Origin: Trypanosoma brucei
Lineage: Eukaryota
Length of the DNA: 64,000 nt
Direction: 5' to 3'
Assembly: GCA_000002445.1 (NCBI GenBank)
Contig: CH464491.1
Coordinates: 3,328,001-3,392,000 of the forward strand
Shown here piece after piece: positions 20,951 through 33,573 of the stretch; the stretch's first letter is position 1, and the number at the start of each line of letters is the position of its first letter. The position numbers and the translations under genes were made by a program. The notes under the pieces were generated by a model that was given only the letters and a program-made list of their open reading frames with translations, did no database searches and was not told the origin of the DNA.

Positions 20951-23900
20951 TTAAAGGAGTCGAAGGTCCCGCCGCTTCATTTCACTGACCACAGTAAACT
21001 CCACATTCCACCTCGACCGAATCCACAAGGAAAGCAAAAAATGCGCCAAGTCGTCATTAAGGGTTAACTGGCGCGAGGTGTAGCCACGCACTGCAGGTCG
21101 ACCATACTCGTCGGCGTAAGGACCCGCTAGAACAACAACTTGAGACCTTCTAGTTTCGAGCACGTATATACGATTGTCTTCGGGACTCATGTAAACACCA
21201 AGGCCACTGCCACACGAGAGGGCATGAATGTAAAGCTCCGGTGGCCTTTGTGATGGTCTCAAGCAAAAGAGTTTGCCACAGAAGCAGCACAGGAGACGAT
21301 TCCCTTCTGTATCGCCACACATGCTACAAGGTTCATTGGGGTTGAGGCTGAGGAGTAATTGGGCGTGGGCATCAGGAAGGTGCAACACACGATTCATTAA
21401 GAACCGCTTCCACAATAAGGCCCCTTCATACACAACACCCAACGGTTTGAAACGAGGCGCGTCATCAAGAAGAGACACGTCGCGGCAACGGTGCAGTAAA
21501 CTAAGCGGGGTTCCTTTGATCATCTTCTCATTCCCTTCCGAGACCGCTTTGTGAATTAGCGAGACCAAGGCCTCCGAGGCTTTTGTATGTCCCCACTCGC
21601 AGTTTTGAAGCGGTTTCTGCAACAAATAGCACAACATGGTGAAAACAGCTTGGCTCTGACCCTCCAACGTTGCAAGCTCTTCCGACTGAAACGGAATGAA
21701 TACAACCTTATCGTCACCGATCTGTACCACCTCAGATGGTGTATTGTCGGTCAGCAACGCCTTGAGAAGCGTAAGGCACCCCAACTCACGCCATACAGAC
21801 ATAAGAAGTCCACTGTGAGCGCCTTGGCCATCATCGTCGACGGGCCCCGAGGTGAGGGCAGAGCAATCACTCGAATGCAGTAAGAGTGTCGTGTACTGAG
21901 CCACGTACTCTGCCGCGTCTGAGGGATGCAGTAGTGCATTTAGAATAAGTACGCAAAAATTATCATCAACATCGTGACAGGAAAGTTCCGCACAAGCATG
22001 GGAAATAGTCCCTTCAAGTAATATTGGCTCCAGTGATATCATGAGGGAGAGGAGGGTGAGCAGCTCATTGTACAGCACAGCACCTCCAACCTTCACCCAC
22101 TCGAGCGCTACGCACATTTGCGCACGAACACTTCGAGCAACCTCGACAACCTCTCGAATGTTCTTATTTTCGTCCCGCGGTTGCTTCCGCACACTCCGCG
22201 ATTCATTCCCGCTGCCATCACAGGAAGAATTGGTAACAGCTACGCTAGAAATGTCACACCACAAACTCTGCAGTGCACCTCGGGCGGCCTCGTCAGAGCT
22301 GACAGCACGTAACGAACTCTCCCGTACCATCTCAAACAGGGAAGATGCCTCTCCCGTCGCCACATTCGCAGGTGGCACGGGGCACGGGCAGAGCGTGGTG
22401 CAAACCATGAGGCACATTGGACAGCTGAAATCGTTGCGAGTAACCGCTGCAGGCAACCGGTCCATGTCTGGCGTGTTTTGCAAAGTGGAGGCCATTCGAC
22501 CAAATATCCTCTTCACACAACTCATGTGGGCGGCATGTCCACAGAGGTAAAAATGAGTGCTTAGCTTGCGCTTTTGAGGTTGTTGCTGGTGGGAGTCGAC
22601 CCCTGTGTCGTCAAATCGAAGGCGGTCAAGCACATCAGACACAGAAACGTTTCCGAAAAGAGCAAGCGATCCCCTCGCATGATCCCGGCATATGCAACAA
22701 TCCATGCTTCGGATACGCTGCAGTATTGGGTTGGCCACCGAAGAATGGCTGCCACCTTCACACACAGAAGGTTTCACACCCGGTGCAGGTGCGTCTTGTG
22801 TTGCATAAAAGCCAAACCTCGAAGGATCAGAGAGCATGGCAAAACTTTTCTTCGCGTTAATCGCTTTCATACGCTTCAAAAGCGCTGACTGCTTCCCCTT
22901 GACGTCCGGTCGGCAGCACTCACCCTCTCCACGCTGCGACTCCCCAACCGCTGGCTTGTCTGCCCCAACCGAAAGGGAAGGTTCACTCATGCCTTGAAGT
23001 ATAAACTCTACCATTCCAACAATACCAAATATATCCTTCGTTACCTCACGGAAACGGGTGCGTAGTTTGCGTAGCGCATCCACTGTTGTAGTCGCGGACG
23101 CTGTCGACACCGGTGAACGGCCCGCCCCAAAAACTAAATCCGCTTCCACAGGAACTTCAAGGGCTTCCTTAAGGTTCCTCGCGTTGAGAAGACCTTCCAC
23201 ACCGAGCAGCTGGTTGAGTTGTTGCGGAGCGTGTATCGGTGGGGATGAATTTTTTTTATGAAACTTACCAACCGCATCCCAATCCACCACAGTAGCAGCA
23301 GATCCACCTGACGCACCAGCACCAATGATTGTGCATGCCCTCATTGCAAGGTACAGCAAAGAGATGGCATGCGCCAACGTAATGATACTTACCGTCCCCT
23401 CAGACCCCGAACAGCCCTCCAGCCCGTCAAACATGTATCCGTGAACTGCACGTATGGCAACGCTAAGCACACAAGGATCCTGTAGCAGTAGAAACACCTT
23501 GTCACGGAATACGGCGGCACGACGAGCCTCCCACGACCCTTCCTCAGGCCGCTCAGTCACTTCAACCCATCGTATGTTAGGTGGAGGGAACACCGCCGGT
23601 GCATCGTTAGAGTCTCCCTCCCCCCCACTGTCGGTTCCCATCCGCTTCCTCCGCACTAAACGGTCGTAGAGATCGCACATATCAGGTAAATGGTGGTCCC
23701 GAAGTGATGGATGATAAAGGTTTATGTACGACCGCCACGTGCAAACATCCTTGAACTGAACCACCGCCCTCTTCCGGCTTTTCACTGTCGTGGTCACTTC
23801 TCTAAAAATTAATGGAAGCAATTCATCAAGGTTGATGCCGGGTAAAGCATGTTCCAACTCACTGGCTACCCTCTCCAGGTCGTCAAGGGAGTGACCGCGG

Positions 23901-26446
23901 TCCCCTGCAATGACGTGCAGTAACCGCCGTTTCAATGCGAAGACTAAATCAGCCTTATTATTAATTAGTAAACTGCAGTCCTGTACACAAAGTGTGAGGA
24001 CAAGCCTCAAAAAGCCGGTGTAACCCAACGCACGATTCTCCTTAGAGAACATGAACCGATTCAGCAACTGAGCTGCAAACGTCTCTGTGGGGACCAAAAG
24101 CATAAGCAGTTGCATCATGCACACGTCTGCTTCGATCATGAGTGTACTGCAAGCAACGTAACACTCGCAACGCCTTGACAACTCAAAGCGCTCACCATGC
24201 CAAAGACCTTGCTCATGTTGGCAGAGCAGGACCAATGGCATGAGAAGCTCATCAATCCAATAATCTGCCCTCGCTTCTGTTTCCGCAAACAACTCCGAAA
24301 GAAGAGAGACGAATGACCCCTGTTCAACTTCCGCCCCGCTTTCTTCAATTCGCTTTTGTACCTTCATCCACGACTTCACTATTTCTGCGAAGAATCGCAT
24401 GTGCGGAAGCACAAACGATGTTGGATTAGGTGATTTTTTATCTAGCAAGTCATATCGTTCCAGTAGTGGCTTCCCATCTGCGTCCACAGAAATTACTTCC
24501 TTTGGGGAAAACCCGCCCCGCTTTTCTTGGAGAAGGGCGTTAATGGCCACCATACACTCTCTCATTAGCTCACGCATGTACTCTCGACAAGTTACGTTAC
24601 ACCCAACCCCACCGCCTCCGACCAACAGTGCTGATCCACCCTGTACGGAAAACCCTTCAAGCATGTCACGACGCTTGCTGCTCTCAACAGCGGGGTCCAA
24701 TGCACCACACCACGAGGAAGACGAAAGACTTTCCAACAGGCGGGGCGGAATTAACAACTCGCCCGCGTGCAACGACACCGCTACGTCGCGGGCCATATTC
24801 GCTATACGGTGAAACATTTGCTGCAGCTCTAACTCTATATTCATAGCACAGTCCGTTTCCACACTGCCCCCGTCTGACTCGCCCACTGATGTCCTTCGAA
24901 ACACCATACTAGCACTCCCATTAATCGTGAGTAACCTGCACCAGCCGCGATAAAGTTGGCGCGACACAACGATTGCACAAGTGTTCTGTGTCACACACAA
25001 CACTTCTGTCATCCACCTACAACACCTGACTGCCCTCGAGACCTCTTGTGGGGAAGCGTTTCTCACATTCATGGTCTCACAACTGCAATACAACAGGCAA
25101 GAGATAAGCCGATGAAGAATTGTTTCTCCCTTGAGCACACTTTCCCACTTTGGATGTGGCTCCCGCAGTAAAAGGCTGTCCACAACATCACTGGATGTAA
25201 AGACCTGAACGCTGAGCGTTGCAACATGTAACTCCCTCCTCGTGGCGCCTCGTTCCCCGTACTTTAAAAGAAGCTCCGCAAAGGGGACGCGGATCAGCGG
25301 GTCACAGAGGGTGTTGTTGAATAACCAAAGAATAGAGCGTTCCCAAATGGAAAAACGGGATAACTTGGGGATTTCAAACCCATATAAAAATAATTCTTCC
25401 ATGCAAGAAAGGTGACGCATCTCCTCCAGCCTTTTTCCATCCGCTACGCACTCAACACGCCGGGATACGAGCGCCTTCTCCATAAGGCTATGGCACAGCA
25501 CACGTCGGGGTCCGTCACCACTGGCCGAAAGAAGCAGTGCAATGTCAGCTATCCGACGAAGTGCTCGATCAAACCACTGCATCCTTGCCAATTGATCATC
25601 ACTACTGTTACTATTGCATTGGTATTCCGCCTGTGCGCCAACAATCGTCGTAATGTATAGTACAAGACCACGCGACAACACCTCAAGCCACTGTCGCTTA
25701 GTACAGTCCATATCGGCAGCAGGATCCGCCGAACTCTGAAATCCCCTATGTCGTGTGCAAAAAGAAGCAGTTTTCCACGCAGACGGGTCACCACAGTCAC
25801 ACATACCCCCACCAATCAAGCACTGCCGCACGACATAATTATGATTAATGCATGGAGAACTCTTGAAACAGTCACTACACATCACACACGAACAATCTGA
25901 GGCGCAATCCTTGCAAAACACAAGTATTTCCCCAGGTTGAAAAGAACGACCGCAAACACGAAACCCCGTCTCCTCTCGTATCATTTTTTCTCCTTCTTCA
26001 TCAACAGTGAGACCCAGCCACCACTCCACCATTGGCAGAGCATTGCTGGTGCACTTCCATGCAGCAGGGGAACTATATTTGGTTCTCTCCTCCATCAACA
26101 TTTCAAGTCCCGCGTTGACAGTATCACCCAGCTTTTGGGGGTATTGCCTGAGCAACGTAGCAGCTCCTGGAGGAACGCGGCACCTCAGAAGAATTTTTGG
26201 ATCAGTTTCCAGAACATTTTCCAGAGGCACTAACCCCGACGCGTCACCACCCATATGATAGAAACGATCAAGATCATCCCTGACTGCACGCACCAACAGC
26301 AAACGTTCCTCCTTCCCAACGGTATGACTTTCCCACTCCATACCAGTGAAAATTTCATGAAGCTGCAGGTACTCCAAAAGGGTTCCAGAAGTCCACTTCC
26401 TCGGATCCATCGGATTCTGCACAGATGCAAAGCCTGACAACGCCAT
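20951..26446 (-). CDS. UBR-box E3 ubiquitin ligase (N-recognin, UBR1-like)
   Basis: The protein is 1831 aa from the verified ATG at 26444-26446. The UBR-type zinc finger at ~25748-25954, CGRSFQPGEILVFCKDCASDCSCVMCSDCF...HNY...GGGMCDCGDPSAWKTASFCTRH, matches human UBR1 [30 protein letters not shown]...HRY...[22 protein letters not shown]. A Cys/His-rich RING-like segment lies near the C-terminal third (CCICRD...CGHAAHMSC...CPMC). Confidence 0.75.
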   Translation of the reverse strand: MALSGFASVQNPMDPRKWTSGTLLEYLQLHEIFTGMEWESHTVGKEERLLLVRAVRDDLDRFYHMGGDASGLVPLENVLETDPKILLRCRVPPGAATLLRQYPQKLGDTVNAGLEMLMEERTKYSSPAAWKCTSNALPMVEWWLGLTVDEEGEKMIREETGFRVCGRSFQPGEILVFCKDCASDCSCVMCSDCFKSSPCINHNYVVRQCLIGGGMCDCGDPSAWKTASFCTRHRGFQSSADPAADMDCTKRQWLEVLSRGLVLYITTIVGAQAEYQCNSNSSDDQLARMQWFDRALRRIADIALLLSASGDGPRRVLCHSLMEKALVSRRVECVADGKRLEEMRHLSCMEELFLYGFEIPKLSRFSIWERSILWLFNNTLCDPLIRVPFAELLLKYGERGATRRELHVATLSVQVFTSSDVVDSLLLREPHPKWESVLKGETILHRLISCLLYCSCETMNVRNASPQEVSRAVRCCRWMTEVLCVTQNTCAIVVSRQLYRGWCRLLTINGSASMVFRRTSVGESDGGSVETDCAMNIELELQQMFHRIANMARDVAVSLHAGELLIPPRLLESLSSSSWCGALDPAVESSKRRDMLEGFSVQGGSALLVGGGGVGCNVTCREYMRELMRECMVAINALLQEKRGGFSPKEVISVDADGKPLLERYDLLDKKSPNPTSFVLPHMRFFAEIVKSWMKVQKRIEESGAEVEQGSFVSLLSELFAETEARADYWIDELLMPLVLLCQHEQGLWHGERFELSRRCECYVACSTLMIEADVCMMQLLMLLVPTETFAAQLLNRFMFSKENRALGYTGFLRLVLTLCVQDCSLLINNKADLVFALKRRLLHVIAGDRGHSLDDLERVASELEHALPGINLDELLPLIFREVTTTVKSRKRAVVQFKDVCTWRSYINLYHPSLRDHHLPDMCDLYDRLVRRKRMGTDSGGEGDSNDAPAVFPPPNIRWVEVTERPEEGSWEARRAAVFRDKVFLLLQDPCVLSVAIRAVHGYMFDGLEGCSGSEGTVSIITLAHAISLLYLAMRACTIIGAGASGGSAATVVDWDAVGKFHKKNSSPPIHAPQQLNQLLGVEGLLNARNLKEALEVPVEADLVFGAGRSPVSTASATTTVDALRKLRTRFREVTKDIFGIVGMVEFILQGMSEPSLSVGADKPAVGESQRGEGECCRPDVKGKQSALLKRMKAINAKKSFAMLSDPSRFGFYATQDAPAPGVKPSVCEGGSHSSVANPILQRIRSMDCCICRDHARGSLALFGNVSVSDVLDRLRFDDTGVDSHQQQPQKRKLSTHFYLCGHAAHMSCVKRIFGRMASTLQNTPDMDRLPAAVTRNDFSCPMCLMVCTTLCPCPVPPANVATGEASSLFEMVRESSLRAVSSDEAARGALQSLWCDISSVAVTNSSCDGSGNESRSVRKQPRDENKNIREVVEVARSVRAQMCVALEWVKVGGAVLYNELLTLLSLMISLEPILLEGTISHACAELSCHDVDDNFCVLILNALLHPSDAAEYVAQYTTLLLHSSDCSALTSGPVDDDGQGAHSGLLMSVWRELGCLTLLKALLTDNTPSEVVQIGDDKVVFIPFQSEELATLEGQSQAVFTMLCYLLQKPLQNCEWGHTKASEALVSLIHKAVSEGNEKMIKGTPLSLLHRCRDVSLLDDAPRFKPLGVVYEGALLWKRFLMNRVLHLPDAHAQLLLSLNPNEPCSMCGDTEGNRLLCCFCGKLFCLRPSQRPPELYIHALSCGSGLGVYMSPEDNRIYVLETRRSQVVVLAGPYADEYGRPAVRGYTSRQLTLNDDLAHFLLSLWIRSRWNVEFTVVSEMKRRDLRLL

Positions 26447-27346
26447 AGCTACACAAAACTTATTTTTAAAAAAAAACCTTTTTACAAAAGCAAAAAAAAA
26501 AGGATAAAGACGTGCAGAACACAAAACAAACAAAAAATTATAATATAAAAAGAAGCTTTCAAGAAAAAACAAAAATGAAAACAAAATAAAAAATGAAAAA
26601 GAAAAAATATGTGAACAGAACCCAATAGCCCCCTACAACTCATAACCACCTTAAAATAACGAAACGAAACAGTGGAAAGAAGTGGACATCCCAACCAACG
26701 CGCACAATACATTGCCATCGTGTAACTATCAGCACAAAAAGGGTAGTCGCAATAATTGCAACCGTCCCTCCACTATGGCATTACGAAATGGAAAAACTAA
26801 AACAAGTCAAAGGGAAAAACAATGGGAACCTGACAGGTGCAAAAGTGCAAAATGGTATGCCTCTTACACATTTCCCTTTCACCACCCTCACACATAGAAA
26901 CTGCCATCAAGCATAGCGTGTAAATATTTGTCAGGTGAGGGCACTCTAAGCACTAATATTGAAATCAATTGTCCACCAAAGGTAAAAAGACAAGAAAGGC
27001 ATTTACTAAAGCGGACACATTCTCTCCCATCTATATCTATTTACATAGGTGTATATCTATTTCCGGATTTACCCACGTTCGTACTTCCGTACGCACGCAG
27101 GTTCTCGTGTATGCCTATGTACGATTCTATGTGTTTGCATGCAGGCGTATGGAGGCATACGTGCTGCTGCCCACAAGCTCATTTCCTTGTTATGATATCT
27201 GTTAAAAACAACAGCCAGTACTCCAAGGAGGTGCAGTCGCTGACCTTACCAGAGTAACAGATATCTAACTCAATGAAAGTAAAGGGCATCAGCCCCATAC
27301 TTCACAGTTCCCCTTACATACGGGCACGCACCAACGATAACATCCC

Positions 27347-28150
27347 CTAGAAATCTGCGTCCAGAGAGAAAACCTTTGACGACCTTTCGGAACTCATCAC
27401 ACCAGCCTTCTGATACTCACCAACCTTCTTCTCGAAAAAGTTAGTTTTCCCCTGAAGAGAAATCATATCCATGAAGTCAAATGGGTTCTTCGAGTTGTAA
27501 TGACGGTCGTACCCCAAGGACACCAGGAGCCGATCGGCGACAAACTCAATGTACTGAGTCATCAGCTGAGAATTCATTCCAATTAAGCGGACAGGTAATG
27601 CATCGCAAATGAACTCTCGTTCAATTGATACTGCATTGCATATAATTTCAAGCACACGATCCCTCGGCAGCTTGTTTACGATATACTTCTCGTATAATAG
27701 GCAAGCAAAGTCAGTGTGCAGACCCTCATCACGTGAAATCAGCTCGTGCTGAAGGTGAGCCCGGGCATCAAGCCACGCTTCTTTAGCCAAAAAATGGNNN
27801 NNNNNNNNNNNNNNNNNNNNNNNNNNNNNNNNNNNNNNNNNNNNNNNNNNNNNNNNNNNNNNNNNNNNNNNNNNNNNNNNNNNNNNNNNNNNNNNNNCGC
27901 TTGCCGCGAAGAAAGCCAACACATGTTTGATGAAGTGTCGCTCGCCGTCGTCCAGCTTCTCCCAATCCGTCATGTCATTCCCAAGGTCGATTTCCTCCAC
28001 CGTCCAGATACTGCTCTCCGCCTCCTTGTACTTCTGCCATATGTCAGGGTACTTGATAGGGAAGATAACGTAGCGGTCGGGGTTTTCTGTCAGAAGTGGC
28101 TCCTCCACCTCCCCTTCCTTACGCGAGCGCTTGTGAGATTTGGGTGGCAT
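27347..28150 (-). CDS. RNR2: ribonucleoside-diphosphate reductase small chain (R2), copy 1 (interrupted by assembly gap)
   Basis: The sequence matches the other copies on both sides of the 100-N gap at 27798-27897. The missing segment is longer than 100 bp, so the locus was collapsed or scaffolded here. Intactness cannot be judged. Confidence 0.6.
   Translation of the reverse strand: MPPKSHKRSRKEGEVEEPLLTENPDRYVIFPIKYPDIWQKYKEAESSIWTVEEIDLGNDMTDWEKLDDGERHFIKHVLAFFAASXXXXXXXXXXXXXXXXXXXXXXXXXXXXXXXXXXHFLAKEAWLDARAHLQHELISRDEGLHTDFACLLYEKYIVNKLPRDRVLEIICNAVSIEREFICDALPVRLIGMNSQLMTQYIEFVADRLLVSLGYDRHYNSKNPFDFMDMISLQGKTNFFEKKVGEYQKAGVMSSERSSKVFSLDADF
27798..27897. other. assembly gap (100 N) inside the RNR2 array
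   Basis: The run of N is visible in the sequence. Confidence 0.99.
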
Positions 28151-28952
28151 CGTTAGCACTGTCCTTGTTTTTCTTCTCTTGATGTGTTTTCAATATACGA
28201 CAGAGCAGCTAATGGAATGAATGAAGAGAAAGCTTGCACACAAGAGGCATATTGAGTAGTGAAGTAGCGAAACAGTGGAAAGAAGTGGACATCCCAACCA
28301 ACGCGCACAATACATTGCCATCGTGTAACTATCAGCACAAAAAGGGTAGTCGCAATAATTGCAACCGTCCCTCCACTATGGCATTACCAAATGGAAAAAC
28401 TAAAACAAGTCAAAGGGAAAAACAATGGGAACCTGACAGGTACAAAAGTGCAAAATGGTATGCCTCTTACACATTTCCCTTTCACCACCCTCACACATAG
28501 AAACTGTCATCAAGCATAGCGTGTAAATATTTGTCAGGTGAGGGCACTCTAAGCACTAATATTGAAACCAATTGTCCACCAAAGGTAAAAAGACAAGAAG
28601 AAAGGCATCTACTAAAGCGGACACATTCTCTCCCATCTATATCTATTTACATAGGTATATATCTATTTCCGGATTTACCCACGTTCGTACTTCCGTACGC
28701 ACGCAGGTTCTCGTGTATGCCTATGTACGATTCTATGTGTTTGCATGCAGGCGTATGGAGGCATACGTGCTGCTGCCCACAAGCTCATTTCCTTGTTATG
28801 ATATTTGTTAAAAACAACAGCCAGTACTCCAAGGAGGTGCAGTCGCTGACCTTACCAGAGTAACAGATATCTAACTCAATGAAAGTAAAGGGCATCAGCC
28901 CCATACTTTACAGTTCCCCTCACATACGGGCACGCACCAACGATAACATCCC

Positions 28953-29966
28953 CTAGAAATCTGCGTCCAGAGAGAAAACCTTTGACGACCTTTCGGAACT
29001 CATCACACCAGCCTTCTGATACTCACCAACCTTCTTCTCGAAAAAGTTAGTTTTCCCCTGAAGAGAAATCATATCCATGAAGTCAAATGGGTTCTTCGAG
29101 TTGCAATGACGGTCGTACCCCAAGGACACCAGGAGCCGATCGGCGACAAACTCAATGTACTGAGTCATCAGCTGAGAATTCATTCCAATTAAGCGGACAG
29201 GTAATGCATCGCAAATGAACTCTCGCTCAATTGATACTGCATTGCATATAATTTCAAGCACACGATCCCTCGGCAGCTTGTTTACGATATACTTCTCGTA
29301 TAATAGGCAAGCAAAGTCAGTGTGCAGACCCTCATCACGTGAAATCAGCTCGTTGCTGAAGGTGAGCCCGGGCATCAAGCCACGCTTCTTTAACCAAAAA
29401 ATGGCGCAGAACGAGCCAGAGAAAAATATGCCTTCGACAGCCGCAAACGCGACGAGCCGCGTAGGGAACGAAGTCTGACTGCCAATCCATTCAATCGCCC
29501 ATTTGGCCTTTTTCTCAATACACGGAATCGTCCTTATGGCATGTAGCAGTCGTTGCTTTTCGTCGGGATCCACAACATACGTATCGATCAACACGGAGTA
29601 TGTCTCACAATGGATATTTTCCATAGCAATCTGGAACCCATAGAAACATCGAACTTCAGGTACCTGCACTTCGCACATGAACCGTTCCGCAAGGTTCTCC
29701 AGCACAATGCCATCGCTTGCCGCGAAGAAAGCCAACACATGTTTGATGAAGTGTCGCTCGCCGTCGTCCAGCTTCTCCCAATCTGTCATGTCATTCCCAA
29801 GGTCGATTTCCTCCACCGTCCAGATGCTGCTCTCCGCCTCCTTGTACTTCTGCCATATGTCAGGGTACTTGATAGGGAAGATAACGTAGCGGTCGGGGTT
29901 TTCTGTCAGAAGTGGCTCCTCCACCTCCCCTTCCTTACGCGAGCGCTTGTGAGATTTGGGTGGCAT
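28953..29966 (-). CDS. RNR2: ribonucleoside-diphosphate reductase small chain (R2), copy 2
   Basis: The protein is 337 aa from the verified ATG at 29964-29966; the track start is a GTG. It is collinear with mammalian R2 as I remember it: [33 protein letters not shown] (the di-iron ligands Glu/His and the radical Tyr), [64 protein letters not shown], and the C-terminal LDADF. Copy-specific residues are HCETYS and DRHCNS. Confidence 0.9.
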   Translation of the reverse strand: MPPKSHKRSRKEGEVEEPLLTENPDRYVIFPIKYPDIWQKYKEAESSIWTVEEIDLGNDMTDWEKLDDGERHFIKHVLAFFAASDGIVLENLAERFMCEVQVPEVRCFYGFQIAMENIHCETYSVLIDTYVVDPDEKQRLLHAIRTIPCIEKKAKWAIEWIGSQTSFPTRLVAFAAVEGIFFSGSFCAIFWLKKRGLMPGLTFSNELISRDEGLHTDFACLLYEKYIVNKLPRDRVLEIICNAVSIEREFICDALPVRLIGMNSQLMTQYIEFVADRLLVSLGYDRHCNSKNPFDFMDMISLQGKTNFFEKKVGEYQKAGVMSSERSSKVFSLDADF

Positions 29967-30743
29967 CGTTAGCACTGTCCTTGTTTCTCTTCTCTTGATG
30001 TGTTTTCAATATACGACAGAGCAGCTAATGGAATGAATGAAGAGAAAGCTTGCACACAAGAGGCATATTGAGTAGTGAAGTAGCGAAACAGTGGAAAGAA
30101 GTGGACATCCCAACCAACGCGCACAATACATTGCCATCGTGTAACTATCAGCACAAAAAGGGTAGTCGCAATAATTGCAACCGTCCCTCCACTATGGCAT
30201 TACGAAATGGAAAAACTAAAACAAGTCAAAGGGAAAAACAATGGGAACCTGACAGGTGCAAAAGTGCAAAATGGTATGCCTCTTACACATTTCCCTTTCA
30301 CCACCCTCACACATAGAAACTGCCATCAAGCATAGCGTGTAAATATTTGTCAGGTGAGGGCACTCTAAGCACTAATATTGAAATCAATTGTCCACCAAAG
30401 GTAAAAAGAAAAAAATACACCCGATAAACAAGTGTCTTACTCCAGACATTAAAATCATCAAATGATATTAGCTATCTCACATGTAACAAGCGCACAGGTT
30501 CTCGTGTATGCCTATGTACGATTCTATGTGTTTGCATGCAGGCGTATGGAGGCATACGTGCTGCTGCCCACAAGCTCATTTCCTTGTTATGATATCTGTT
30601 AAAAACAACAGCCAGTACTCCAAGGAGGTGCAGTCGCTGACCTTACCAGAGTAACAGATATCTAACTCAATGAAAGTAAAGGGCATCAGCCCCATACTTC
30701 ACAGTTCCCCTTACATACGGGCACGCACCAACGATAACATCCC

Positions 30744-31757
30744 CTAGAAATCTGCGTCCAGAGAGAAAACCTTTGACGACCTTTCGGAACTCATCACACC
30801 AGCCTTCTGATACTCACCAACCTTCTTCTCGAAAAAGTTAGTTTTCCCCTGAAGAGAAATCATATCCATGAAGTCAAATGGGTTCTTCGAGTTGTAATGA
30901 CGGTCGTACCCCAAGGACACCAGGAGCCGATCGGCGACAAACTCAATGTACTGAGTCATCAGCTGAGAATTCATTCCAATTAAGCGGACAGGTAATGCAT
31001 CGCAAATGAACTCTCGCTCAATTGATACTGCATTGCATATAATTTCAAGCACACGATCCCTCGGCAGCTTGTTTACGATATACTTCTCGTATAATAGGCA
31101 AGCAAAGTCAGTGTGCAGACCCTCATCACGTGAAATCAGCTCGTTGCTGAAGGTGAGCCCGGGCATCAAGCCACGCTTCTTTAACCAAAAAATGGCGCAG
31201 AACGAGCCAGAGAAAAATATGCCTTCGACAGCCGCAAACGCGACGAGCCGCGTAGGGAACGAAGTCTGACTGCCAATCCATTCAATCGCCCATTTGGCCT
31301 TTTTCTCAATACACGGAATCGTCCTTATGGCATGTAGCAGTCGTTGCTTTTCGTCGGGATCCACAACATACGTATCGATCAACACGGAGTATGTCTCAGA
31401 ATGGATATTTTCCATAGCAATCTGGAACCCATAGAAACATCGAACTTCAGGTACCTGCACTTCGCACATGAACCGTTCCGCAAGGTTCTCCAGCACAATG
31501 CCATCGCTTGCCGCGAAGAAAGCCAACACATGTTTGATGAAGTGTCGCTCGCCGTCGTCCAGCTTCTCCCAATCTGTCATGTCATTCCCAAGGTCGATTT
31601 CCTCCACCGTCCAGATGCTGCTCTCCGCCTCCTTGTACTTCTGCCATATGTCAGGGTACTTGATAGGGAAGATAACGTAGCGGTCGGGGTTTTCTGTCAG
31701 AAGTGGCTCCTCCACCTCCCCTTCCTTACGCGAGCGCTTGTGAGATTTGGGTGGCAT
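30744..31757 (-). CDS. RNR2: ribonucleoside-diphosphate reductase small chain (R2), copy 3
   Basis: Same as copy 2, with the consensus residues HSETYS and DRHYNS. Confidence 0.9.
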   Translation of the reverse strand: MPPKSHKRSRKEGEVEEPLLTENPDRYVIFPIKYPDIWQKYKEAESSIWTVEEIDLGNDMTDWEKLDDGERHFIKHVLAFFAASDGIVLENLAERFMCEVQVPEVRCFYGFQIAMENIHSETYSVLIDTYVVDPDEKQRLLHAIRTIPCIEKKAKWAIEWIGSQTSFPTRLVAFAAVEGIFFSGSFCAIFWLKKRGLMPGLTFSNELISRDEGLHTDFACLLYEKYIVNKLPRDRVLEIICNAVSIEREFICDALPVRLIGMNSQLMTQYIEFVADRLLVSLGYDRHYNSKNPFDFMDMISLQGKTNFFEKKVGEYQKAGVMSSERSSKVFSLDADF

Positions 31758-32559
31758 CGTTAGCACTGTCCTTGTTTTTCTTCTCTTGATGTGTTTTCAA
31801 TATACGACAGAGCAGCTAATGGAATGAATGAAGAGAAAGCTTGCACACAAGAGGCATATTGAGTAGTGAAGTAGCGAAACAGTGGAAAGAAGTGGACATC
31901 CCAACCAACGCGCACAATACATTGCCATCGTGTAACTATCAGCACAAAAAGGGTAGTCGCAATAATTGCAACCGTCCCTCCACTATGGCATTACCAAATG
32001 GAAAAACTAAAACAAGTCAAAGGGAAAAACAATGGGAACCTGACAGGTACAAAAGTGCAAAATGGTATGCCTCTTACACATTTCCCTTTCACCACCCTCA
32101 CACATAGAAACTGTCATCAAGCATAGCGTGTAAATATTTGTCAGGTGAGGGCACTCTAAGCACTAATATTGAAACCAATTGTCCACCAAAGGTAGAAAGA
32201 CAAGAAGAAAGGCATCTACTAAAGCGGACACATTCTCTCCCATCTATATCTATTTACATAGGTGTATATCTATTTCCGGATTTACCCACGTTCGTACTTC
32301 CGTACGCACGCAGGTTCTCGTGTATGCCTATGTACGATTCTATGTGTTTGCATGCAGGCGTATGGAGGCATACGTGCTGCTGCCCACAAGCTCATTTCCT
32401 TGTTATGATATTTGTTAAAAACAACAGCCAGTACTCCAAGGAGGTGCAGTCGCTGACCTTACCAGAGTAACAGATATCTAACTCAATGAAAGTAAAGGGC
32501 ATCAGCCCCATACTTTACAGTTCCCCTCACATACGGGCACGCACCAACGATAACATCCC

Positions 32560-33573
32560 CTAGAAATCTGCGTCCAGAGAGAAAACCTTTGACGACCTTT
32601 CGGAACTCATCACACCAGCCTTCTGATACTCACCAACCTTCTTCTCGAAAAAGTTAGTTTTCCCCTGAAGAGAAATCATATCCATGAAGTCAAATGGGTT
32701 CTTCGAGTTGTAATGACGGTCGTACCCCAAGGACACCAGGAGCCGATCGGCGACAAACTCAATGTACTGAGTCATCAGCTGAGAATTCATTCCAATTAAG
32801 CGGACAGGTAATGCATCGCAAATGAACTCTCGCTCAATTAATACTGCATTGCATATAATTTCAAGCACACGATCCCTCGGCAGCTTGTTTACGATATACT
32901 TCTCGTATAATAGGCAAGCAAAGTCAGTGTGCAGACCCTCATCACGTGAAATCAGCTCGTTGCTGAAGGTGAGCCCGGGCATCAAGCCACGCTTCTTTAA
33001 CCAAAAAATGGCGCAGAACGAGCCAGAGAAAAATATGCCTTCGACAGCCGCAAACGCGACGAGCCGCGTAGGGAACGAAGTCTGACTGCCAATCCATTCA
33101 ATCGCCCATTTGGCCTTTTTCTCAATACACGGAATCGTCCTTATGGCATGTAGCAGTCGTTGCTTTTCGTCGGGATCCACAACATACGTATCGATCAACA
33201 CGGAGTATGTCTCAGAATGGATATTTTCCATAGCAATCTGGAACCCATAGAAACATCGAACTTCAGGTACCTGCACTTCGCACATGAACCGTTCCGCAAG
33301 GTTCTCCAGCACAATGCCATCGCTTGCCGCGAAGAAAGCCAACACATGTTTGATGAAGTGTCGCTCGCCGTCGTCCAGCTTCTCCCAATCTGTCATGTCA
33401 TTCCCAAGGTCGATTTCCTCCACCGTCCAGATGCTGCTCTCCGCCTCCTTGTACTTCTGCCATATGTCAGGGTACTTGATAGGGAAGATAACGTAGCGGT
33501 CGGGGTTTTCTGTCAGAAGTGGCTCCTCCACCTCCCCTTCCTTACGCGAGCGCTTGTGAGATTTGGGTGGCAT
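32560..33573 (-). CDS. RNR2: ribonucleoside-diphosphate reductase small chain (R2), copy 4
   Basis: Same as copy 3 except for NAVLIEREF (Ser to Leu). Confidence 0.9.
   Translation of the reverse strand: MPPKSHKRSRKEGEVEEPLLTENPDRYVIFPIKYPDIWQKYKEAESSIWTVEEIDLGNDMTDWEKLDDGERHFIKHVLAFFAASDGIVLENLAERFMCEVQVPEVRCFYGFQIAMENIHSETYSVLIDTYVVDPDEKQRLLHAIRTIPCIEKKAKWAIEWIGSQTSFPTRLVAFAAVEGIFFSGSFCAIFWLKKRGLMPGLTFSNELISRDEGLHTDFACLLYEKYIVNKLPRDRVLEIICNAVLIEREFICDALPVRLIGMNSQLMTQYIEFVADRLLVSLGYDRHYNSKNPFDFMDMISLQGKTNFFEKKVGEYQKAGVMSSERSSKVFSLDADF

Noticed and set aside
29553-29972. Plus-strand ORFs of 139, 87 and 70-110 aa that recur in every RNR2 unit (e.g. 29215-29478, 29553-29972, 28531-28863, 28234-28500)
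   Set aside because: They are antisense to, or in the spacers of, the repeated R2 genes. They recur only because the DNA is repeated. Their composition is low-complexity, and they oppose the transcription direction of the whole unit.
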